A stretch of 64,000 nucleotides of DNA from an uncultured Kofleriaceae bacterium (GTDB taxonomy: Bacteria; Myxococcota_A; Polyangia; Haliangiales; Haliangiaceae). The stretch is taken from NCBI GenBank assembly GCA_964410875.1, contig CAYPIX010000005.1:4721-68720 (forward strand), written 5' to 3'. How positions within the stretch are numbered: the first letter of the stretch is position 1; every line of letters starts with the position of its first letter. Made by a program: the position numbers and the translations under genes. Below the pieces are notes generated by a model. The model did not search any database and was not told the origin of the DNA. It worked only from the letters and a program-made list of their open reading frames with translations. Below are positions 57,585 through 64,000 of the stretch, one piece after another.

Positions 57585-58942
57585 AAGTTCTAGTAGTAGA
57601 CGATAGCAACACCGCTCGAGCACTCTTGACTAGAGTGATCGCCCCATTGGGAGGCGTAGAGGTGCATGAAGCAGCCGGGTTAGCGTGCGGACAAGCGGCC
57701 ATTGAGACCACAGATTTCGATGCAGCATTTATCGACCTGCGTTTGCAACGTGACCCGGAAAACAGAGATGGTCTTAATCTCGTCCAAGTTGCTTTGCGCG
57801 CAGGGGTTACTCCGATCATTGTATCTGGGTTTAGTGACATGTCGGAGATACGCGCGGCCATGCGTTCTGGCGCCTACGACTACCTCCTAAAAGAAGAGCT
57901 TTGTCCGGATATGGTGTGGCCTCTTTTGGAGACTCTTCGTTCCCGACGCGCACTTGAGGCCGAAGTTCGGACGCTGCGAAGTCAAACTCGAGAAATGCCG
58001 ATCATACCAGAGTTAATCGGCTCATCGCGCCATATGCAGGTGCTTTCTCAGAGGATTGAACGTGTAGCACTGTCTGATCGCCCTGTACTCGTTACTGGTC
58101 CTACCGGTTCCGGCAAGGAGCTAGTTGTCCGCGCTATCCATGCACTTGGCCGCAACCCACAAGATCCTGTCATTGACCTAAACTGTGGAGCTCTGCCTGC
58201 AGCGCTCATAGAGTCTCAGCTTTTTGGTCACGAAAAAGGCGCTTTCACTGGTGCGGATAAAAAACACGACGGCTTTTTTACCACCGTCGGTACAGGAACC
58301 CTCTTTCTCGATGAAATTGGAGAACTCCCGTTAGAGTTGCAAGCAAAGCTCCTCAGGGTATTGGAATCTCGTACCTTCAGACCGGTTGGCGGAAACCACA
58401 ATCTAGAGTTCAGAGGCCGCGTTGTCGCGGCTACTCATGTCGATTTGCCTAAGAGAGTGCAAGCAGGAGAATTCCGCGAGGACCTATATTACCGATTGAA
58501 TGTTCTTGAGCTCGCAGTGCCAAGCCTCGCGAAAAGAGCAGAGGATATTCCCGAGTTGGTTTCCCATTTTTCGGAAGCACTTGAACGCCCCCTAACTTTC
58601 ACGGAAGACGCCATATCGTTACTTCAAAATTCCGAGTGGCCCGGAAACGTTCGGCAGTTGAGAAACACCATAGATCGAATATCTGTTTTTGCTCCGGCGG
58701 GACCAGTTAATGCCGAAGTCATGAAAGAAATAATAAATCTTGAAGATTCTAAAGACCCAACCGATAGCATCAAGCTACTAGCGCGTCGAGTTTTGAACCG
58801 AGAAGGTGACGACAAGCTGAAACTCATGGAGGGTGCACTGGTTGAAGAAGCTCTAGAACTAGCGGAAGGCAACAAATCCGCTGCCGCTCGAATTCTCGGA
58901 GTGCACCGCAAGGTCGTGGAACGCCGTTCGTTCGCGAGTTAA
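57581..58942 (+). CDS. Sigma-54-dependent response regulator (NtrC family)
   Basis: 453-aa ORF with a receiver (VVDDS...FIDLRL), AAA+ motifs GPTGSGKELV, GAFTGA and ESRTFRPVGG, and a C-terminal HTH AAARILGVHRKVV. Confidence 0.95.
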   Translation: MKVLVVDDSNTARALLTRVIAPLGGVEVHEAAGLACGQAAIETTDFDAAFIDLRLQRDPENRDGLNLVQVALRAGVTPIIVSGFSDMSEIRAAMRSGAYDYLLKEELCPDMVWPLLETLRSRRALEAEVRTLRSQTREMPIIPELIGSSRHMQVLSQRIERVALSDRPVLVTGPTGSGKELVVRAIHALGRNPQDPVIDLNCGALPAALIESQLFGHEKGAFTGADKKHDGFFTTVGTGTLFLDEIGELPLELQAKLLRVLESRTFRPVGGNHNLEFRGRVVAATHVDLPKRVQAGEFREDLYYRLNVLELAVPSLAKRAEDIPELVSHFSEALERPLTFTEDAISLLQNSEWPGNVRQLRNTIDRISVFAPAGPVNAEVMKEIINLEDSKDPTDSIKLLARRVLNREGDDKLKLMEGALVEEALELAEGNKSAAARILGVHRKVVERRSFAS

Positions 58943-59607
58943 CCAATCTTTTTAGGGCGAGTGTTCGCTGGAGCGGTTTTTCGGCGAGGTCTACGCGGCC
59001 TGCTTTTGGCGGCACGAGAAAACACCTGATCAAAGGTCGAGATCGCAGACTCGTCCTCTATGGAAAACCGTAGGGATGGGTTTTGAGGCCGAAGCTCCGG
59101 TCTCTTCGACGTGTCTAATGTAACCACAAACTTTTGCGTTCCCTCTCGCGATACGGGGATATGAGCAACACCGTGTGTATCTGTGGTCCCGAGCCTGACA
59201 CCATCTATCAGTATGGGTATGTTCGCAATTCTCGTCCGAACGACTAGTGCCACGGTACGTTGGTTGCGGCGACACAAGAACCGTACCTTGAGAGGCAACT
59301 CGTGACCGGACTCCAACGCTCGCTGCCGCCGCAATCTCACTTCCAAATTTTCGCTGTCCTGAGAAAAACCAGACGGACATTCCACCGAAGCCAGCAGTTT
59401 TTCTCCCACTTTTCCGGTAACGGCCACTTCCCAAGCCCCGTCTGAACCTGTTTGTCCAACCTTCTCGCCAAGGCGAACACCTGCGCTTCCTACTGCTTTT
59501 CCTCGTTTATCTTGCACTAGAACTGAGACATGAAACTCGTCCGCGGATTTATCGCTGCCCGGCGCACATGCAGCCAACAAAAGTAAAAAGCCTATAGAAC
59601 GCGACAT
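58939..59607 (-). CDS. Lipoprotein with a PEGA-like segment
   Basis: 222-aa ORF with lipobox LLAAC. IPILIDGVRLGTTDTHG resembles a PEGA motif. The tail is basic. Confidence 0.5.
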   Translation of the reverse strand: MSRSIGFLLLLAACAPGSDKSADEFHVSVLVQDKRGKAVGSAGVRLGEKVGQTGSDGAWEVAVTGKVGEKLLASVECPSGFSQDSENLEVRLRRQRALESGHELPLKVRFLCRRNQRTVALVVRTRIANIPILIDGVRLGTTDTHGVAHIPVSREGTQKFVVTLDTSKRPELRPQNPSLRFSIEDESAISTFDQVFSRAAKSRPRRPRRKTAPANTRPKKIG

Positions 59608-60104
59608 ACATCCTCATTTCGTGCTTGGCAGTTACGCTTCTTCTTCGTTATTTCCTGCAGTACCGTCTCGATCGCTGGATTCGAGTCTCTTGCATGAAGT
59701 TCGCTATAATACCTGATTGCGTCGTCGGACCGGCCGGATAGTAATGCATCAACAGCTTTCGCTTCCAAAGCTGCATCTGTGCCCGATGCGGGCGTTTTGA
59801 GCTCCTCTACTTTGATGTCTCGTTGAAGCCCCGAGCCTTTCACTGGAATACCTTCGACAGGATGTACTTTTGTAGCTCCTTCCAAGGTCCCTTGTTCTCC
59901 TAATTTGACCTTCCGCATTTCGGCAACTGCTCCTGTCATATGAAAAGAAAACAGCGCGCTGAAAACAACAAGTCCGAAAGATAAGAGCCAGCGCGGGTAA
60001 TTTCTTGCGTGCCGCGGGGGGTGTTTCGCTGCTACCACGACCGTCTTCTCGTCATCTCCAACTTCTTCAGTCCCTAAAAACGTAGGCGGATTGGGGAAAT
60101 TCAT
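59592..60104 (-). CDS. Single-pass membrane protein, unknown family
   Basis: 170-aa ORF with one hydrophobic helix (WLLSFGLVVFSALFSF). It overlaps both neighbours. Confidence 0.5.
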   Translation of the reverse strand: MNFPNPPTFLGTEEVGDDEKTVVVAAKHPPRHARNYPRWLLSFGLVVFSALFSFHMTGAVAEMRKVKLGEQGTLEGATKVHPVEGIPVKGSGLQRDIKVEELKTPASGTDAALEAKAVDALLSGRSDDAIRYYSELHARDSNPAIETVLQEITKKKRNCQARNEDVCRVL

Positions 60105-61120
60105 GCCTTGCCCTTCCCGCCTTGTCGTTTGCAGACTAGGTCACCTTCGTATCTCGAGAAAACATCTTCCATCGTGTACCCCTTACCCAATTGATACTCA
60201 TCAACCCGTGTAATGTGAGTGACACATCGAGTTCCGTCATCGAACCTCGCGACCAAAACGATCAGATCCACGGCAGATCCTATTTGGCTACGAAGGGCGT
60301 CTAAAGGCAGTTCTACATCACTCATCAGCGCCATGGTTTCGAGTCGACTCAAAACATCTCTTGGATACGTTGCGTGGAGAGTGGAAAGGCAGCCACCGTG
60401 GCCTGATGTCATCGCTTGCAATAAATCCAGGGCTTCTCCGCCCCGAATTTCGCCAACTACGACTCGGTCTGGTCTCATTCTAAGGCTCGCCCTGAACAAA
60501 TCTCTAACAGAGATAGGGTTGCCGTTGGTCGCAGTGCAAGGCCTTGCTTCCAAAGCTACAACGTGATCATGCTGTAAATTCAATTCTCTCGCGTCCTCGA
60601 TAGTCACGATTCGTGCCCCCTCAGGAATAAAACCAGACAACGCATTCAAAAATGAGGTTTTCCCCGATCCAGTACCACCAGCAACGATGACATTCTTTTT
60701 CCCCGCTACAGCTCTTCGTAGAAAGTCTGCAGCTTCCTTGGTCAAGGTACTTTTTTCGACAAGAGAACTCATAGAGAGCACGCTTTTCGAAAAACGGCGA
60801 ATTGAAACCTGCGGCCCATCTGGGGCCACTGGTGGGATCAGAGCTTCCACTCGCGAACCGTCGGGCAGTCGACCCTCGAGGATAGGGGACGAAGCATCGA
60901 GCTTCCTTCCAGTGTATTGAGCAAGGTTTCGCAACGCGGCTTCCAACGTAAAATCGCTCTCGAAAGCAGCCTCTGTTTTCTCAATCCGCCCACACTTTTC
61001 TATTCGTATGTCTTTTGATCCATTGATCATCACCTCACTAACGGATTGGTCCTCTAACAACGATTTGATCGGAGCAAAGAACTCCATTAGCGTCCGTTCG
61101 AAAATAACGTCGGGAATCAT
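60101..61120 (-). CDS. cpaF: CpaF/TadA-family pilus assembly ATPase (short form)
   Basis: 339-aa ORF with Walker A AGGTGSGKTSF, TIEDARE and RMRPDRVVVGEIRGGEA. Confidence 0.9.
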   Translation of the reverse strand: MIPDVIFERTLMEFFAPIKSLLEDQSVSEVMINGSKDIRIEKCGRIEKTEAAFESDFTLEAALRNLAQYTGRKLDASSPILEGRLPDGSRVEALIPPVAPDGPQVSIRRFSKSVLSMSSLVEKSTLTKEAADFLRRAVAGKKNVIVAGGTGSGKTSFLNALSGFIPEGARIVTIEDARELNLQHDHVVALEARPCTATNGNPISVRDLFRASLRMRPDRVVVGEIRGGEALDLLQAMTSGHGGCLSTLHATYPRDVLSRLETMALMSDVELPLDALRSQIGSAVDLIVLVARFDDGTRCVTHITRVDEYQLGKGYTMEDVFSRYEGDLVCKRQGGKGKA

Positions 61121-61689
61121 CGTGAAACTCTCCTCGGCTTTTTATCCGAACCTAGTTGGGCCCGAGCGAAGGGGGCGCCTTCCCCGTTCGGTTGTTTCTG
61201 CAAATAGGCGGCAAATTGCCGTCTAGCTCGTTTTTTCGCTCCAATGGCAAGTTCGGCACGCCCTAAAAGAAATGCTGCTTCGGCCATATCCGGATCCGAT
61301 TCCCGTATCAACAGCAAATGTCCACGCGCGGCGCCATAATTCTCCGTCTCCAGATATATGGAAGCCAAGAGCAGGCGCATAGGCATGGCTGAGGGAAACT
61401 TCGAAATGTAGCCCTCTCCATGGACGACTGCCGATTCCAGTCGGTTCGAAAGGACACAACTCTGCATGATTTTCGGGATCACTTTATGCTCGGACATCCC
61501 TTTTGCAATCGCAGCGATGAAATACTGCTCCGCCCTCACAAAGTTCTGTCTTGCACTATAAGCAAGACCTGTCCGGTAGAGTTCGTTCGCCGAGACTTCC
61601 GCTAGTGGCTCGCTGGGCATTTCACCCCGTTTCACACTGGCGCCACAAGCAGACGTAACGACCACTATGGTTAATAACATCCACCTCAT
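61117..61689 (-). CDS. TPR-repeat lipoprotein (TadD-like)
   Basis: 190-aa ORF with lipobox VTSAC and TPR-like helices. Confidence 0.6.
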   Translation of the reverse strand: MRWMLLTIVVVTSACGASVKRGEMPSEPLAEVSANELYRTGLAYSARQNFVRAEQYFIAAIAKGMSEHKVIPKIMQSCVLSNRLESAVVHGEGYISKFPSAMPMRLLLASIYLETENYGAARGHLLLIRESDPDMAEAAFLLGRAELAIGAKKRARRQFAAYLQKQPNGEGAPFARAQLGSDKKPRRVSR

Positions 61690-62552
61690 GATTCATTCCC
61701 TTCCATTTCCATCAGTCGTCTTTGAAGTTCGCGTTCGATGGACTGCAATTTTTTCGAATACGGCGTTACACCTAGATGGTTTGTATACTTAAGCAAAGAC
61801 CGTACCGAATCCAACGCCACGGTTTGTTCGTCAGCACGCAGTGCGCGTCTAAGCCTTACCTGTTCGACCGCAAAATCGGACTCGACTGTGGTTTGCAACC
61901 GTTTGGACGCACGTTCCGCATCCTTCGCACGGTCGTTTTCGTCCACTACTTGTAAACAAGTGGACGCCGTTCGATAGGACAGAGTAGCCGATACCCCTTC
62001 ACGCTGGTCATATGGATATCTCTCAGCTCGCGCATATGCATCTCGCAAAATCTTTTCTGCGAACAATTTCGGACTCACCTGTTGCGGACAAGAAGCCGTT
62101 CCAGCAAACAAAGAAGGGACATCACTATCGATCGGTGCAGAAACAGCCGTGTCTCTACCAGAAAACCCTAAAAACGAAACGAGGCCCATCATAACGACCG
62201 CGGCGGCGGCAATGATATTCCTCCGCTTCATGATTCCCGCACTGGCCACTGTACTCGCAGCAATAAAGTGGAGTTCGAGCGACCCCAATTCCAAAACACC
62301 GCCCCAGGGGACAATTCCTTTTTCGAATAACGCACCTTCCAGCGTCGTCATGACTGGTAGGTCTTCTCCATGTGCAACCCAGCATCCATTAGGGCCTTGC
62401 GGAACCAGAAGAAGGTGTTCCTTTGAGAGGTGGGATGCGCCCTCAATGGCGATATCCCCTCCTGTACCCAACGTCATTCGGCCATTGATCGGATACCTCT
62501 GACTCGTTCCATCACTATTTCTCACCAATAAAGAGTTTTTGCTCATGATCAA
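61686..62552 (-). CDS. FHA-domain membrane protein
   Basis: 288-aa ORF. RMTLGTGGDIAIEGASHLSKEHLLLV fits an FHA core. One TM helix and a C-terminal periplasmic part follow. Confidence 0.6.
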   Translation of the reverse strand: MIMSKNSLLVRNSDGTSQRYPINGRMTLGTGGDIAIEGASHLSKEHLLLVPQGPNGCWVAHGEDLPVMTTLEGALFEKGIVPWGGVLELGSLELHFIAASTVASAGIMKRRNIIAAAAVVMMGLVSFLGFSGRDTAVSAPIDSDVPSLFAGTASCPQQVSPKLFAEKILRDAYARAERYPYDQREGVSATLSYRTASTCLQVVDENDRAKDAERASKRLQTTVESDFAVEQVRLRRALRADEQTVALDSVRSLLKYTNHLGVTPYSKKLQSIERELQRRLMEMEGNES

Positions 62553-63442
62553 AATCCACTTTCCAACATATTTACGATAAATGGCCCCAGTAAGAGCAAG
62601 AACACACAGCCAAAAATCATCAGGAGAGGCAGCATCATCAATACACTAGCCCTAGCAGCTGCTTCTTCTGCCATTACACTGCGACGCATTCTCAATACTT
62701 TTCCTTGTATCCGAAGGACTTCTTTCAGCGGTGTTCCTTTTTGTTCTGCCTGCACCACCGCTGCTACAAAATCGACAACTGCTGGAGTCTCAGCACGGAC
62801 TGCAAATGACTCAAGTGCGCGCTTCCTCGTATGGCCCAGAGACAACTCACGACGGATCTGCAAGAATTCCTTTTTCAATTCGTCTTTATCTTCTAACTGC
62901 TCAGACGAATGGCGAAGCGCCGACGGGAAGTCCAACCCCGCCCCCACACAGAGCGCTGCAAGATCAATCGCACCAGGTAACCCGCGATTTATTGAGAGAT
63001 GCCTTTTTGCTCGTGACGCTTCCATTTCCAAATTCGGAAGCAATACGCCAAGGAAACCAGCCGGGGCAGAGAGCCAAAGGCCTTGACCTGTCAACGTCCC
63101 CAGCAAGCCCCCTGTGCCTGCAGCAAGGAGACAGGACAAGATAGAAAAGGCGATAAATTCATCAGCACTTAACCCCAACCAAGTACCTGACAGCTTGATT
63201 TTTTGGTCCAGTCTATTTCGGAATTCACCAATGGGCAATTGAGCCAACCTGAAAGAAAGGAACCGTATGCTGGGCTCCACGGTTCTAAAGAACCATCCTT
63301 GTTCTAAGGCGTTTTTCCTGGCATCGCCACGGTTTCCCAAACCCGGCCGACTCGAGTTTGGTCCTTCGGCAAACCGGTAGCACCAAAAAGCCACCGGAAC
63401 CATAAAAAGAAAGACAGCAAGGTTAAAAAACAACGAATCCAT
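62549..63442 (-). CDS. tadC: Type II secretion system F-family protein (TadC-like)
   Basis: Start at MDSLFF lies 1 nt after the upstream stop. It has the T2SSF block GLPGAIDLAALCVGAGLDFPSAL and terminal TM helices. Confidence 0.8.
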   Translation of the reverse strand: MDSLFFNLAVFLFMVPVAFWCYRFAEGPNSSRPGLGNRGDARKNALEQGWFFRTVEPSIRFLSFRLAQLPIGEFRNRLDQKIKLSGTWLGLSADEFIAFSILSCLLAAGTGGLLGTLTGQGLWLSAPAGFLGVLLPNLEMEASRAKRHLSINRGLPGAIDLAALCVGAGLDFPSALRHSSEQLEDKDELKKEFLQIRRELSLGHTRKRALESFAVRAETPAVVDFVAAVVQAEQKGTPLKEVLRIQGKVLRMRRSVMAEEAAARASVLMMLPLLMIFGCVFLLLLGPFIVNMLESGF

Positions 63443-63443
63443 T

Positions 63444-64000
63444 CTACATATCCACAGAAAGCACTTTTCGCGCAACAAGTACCGCACCAATCCATAGGGC
63501 ACCCGACACCACCATGATGAGGTAACCGACAGGAGACCGGGTCAACTGGCCCAACCAAGTCGGGTCGATCCAATGAAGCGCACCGCAGAGAGCAAAGGGT
63601 AAAGCACCCATCAAATACCCTTGCGATTTACCCTCCGCCGTTTTGGTACGAAGTACACCGTCAAGGCGCTCCATTTCGCGCAAAGCACCAGCGGTGTCTT
63701 CAAGAACCTCGGGTAAATCGCCACCTGTATCTCGCGCTACCAACAAGGTTGCGATCGCTGTGTCCATACTGCGACATTTCACGCGCGCTTTCATCCCCCG
63801 GAGGGCGGAGTCCATATTGGCGCCAAGCCGCACAGCCTTTATAAGTAGATCCAGTTCCTCAGACAATGGCGCGGGTACCAACCTCGCACTCTCTTCAACT
63901 CCGTCTCCAAGTGCCGCAGAGGTACGAAGAGAGTTGGCCAACGCATTTAACCAAAGAGGTAGTTGCTCGCCTACAAGCTCGCGCTTTTTCGTTACTTTAC
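63444..64000 (-). CDS. tadB: Type II secretion system F-family protein (TadB-like), 5'-truncated by the window edge
   Basis: The minus-strand frame stays open to base 64000. It has a T2SSF-type helical region and C-terminal TM helices. Confidence 0.75.
   Translation of the reverse strand, partial: KVTKKRELVGEQLPLWLNALANSLRTSAALGDGVEESARLVPAPLSEELDLLIKAVRLGANMDSALRGMKARVKCRSMDTAIATLLVARDTGGDLPEVLEDTAGALREMERLDGVLRTKTAEGKSQGYLMGALPFALCGALHWIDPTWLGQLTRSPVGYLIMVVSGALWIGAVLVARKVLSVDM

Overview
This is a densely packed chromosomal segment with about 62 protein-coding genes, mostly in translationally coupled operons with ATGA or 4-nt overlaps. By eye I found no rRNA, tRNA, CRISPR array, transposase or integrase. 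Two exported proteins end in a Cys-containing MYXO-CTERM-like tail. Together with thrombospondin type-3 repeats, a Tad-type pilus locus, a sigma-54 enhancer-binding protein and many lipoproteins, this suggests a Myxococcota-like host (inference only). Recognisable housekeeping genes are feoAB, tgt, udk, aqpZ, tpx, asnB, a YebC-family regulator, an FKBP isomerase and a LysR regulator. The most interesting content is as follows. (1) A six-gene coupled operon (9167-16334) is built around an apparently intact orphan MotA/MotB-type proton-channel stator. Its partners are four unrecognisable envelope proteins and an alpha-oxoamine-synthase-fold protein that has lost its PLP lysine. (2) A periplasmic cytochrome with 30 haem-binding sites arranged as ten triplets is translationally coupled to a 554-aa outer-membrane barrel. 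(3) A minus-strand operon (50182-55790) embeds a thioesterase, a di-iron oxygenase and a methyltransferase inside a phosphorelay, next to a PhyH dioxygenase and a sigma-54 activator pair. (4) A single polypeptide fuses RluA-type and RsuA/RluE-type pseudouridine synthase domains. (5) Several unusual couplings occur: SufE with a stand-alone adenylation enzyme, split ArsA with an E2 catalytic domain, and a P-loop kinase with a HIT-like domain. All family calls come from motif recognition by eye, and none was checked against a database.
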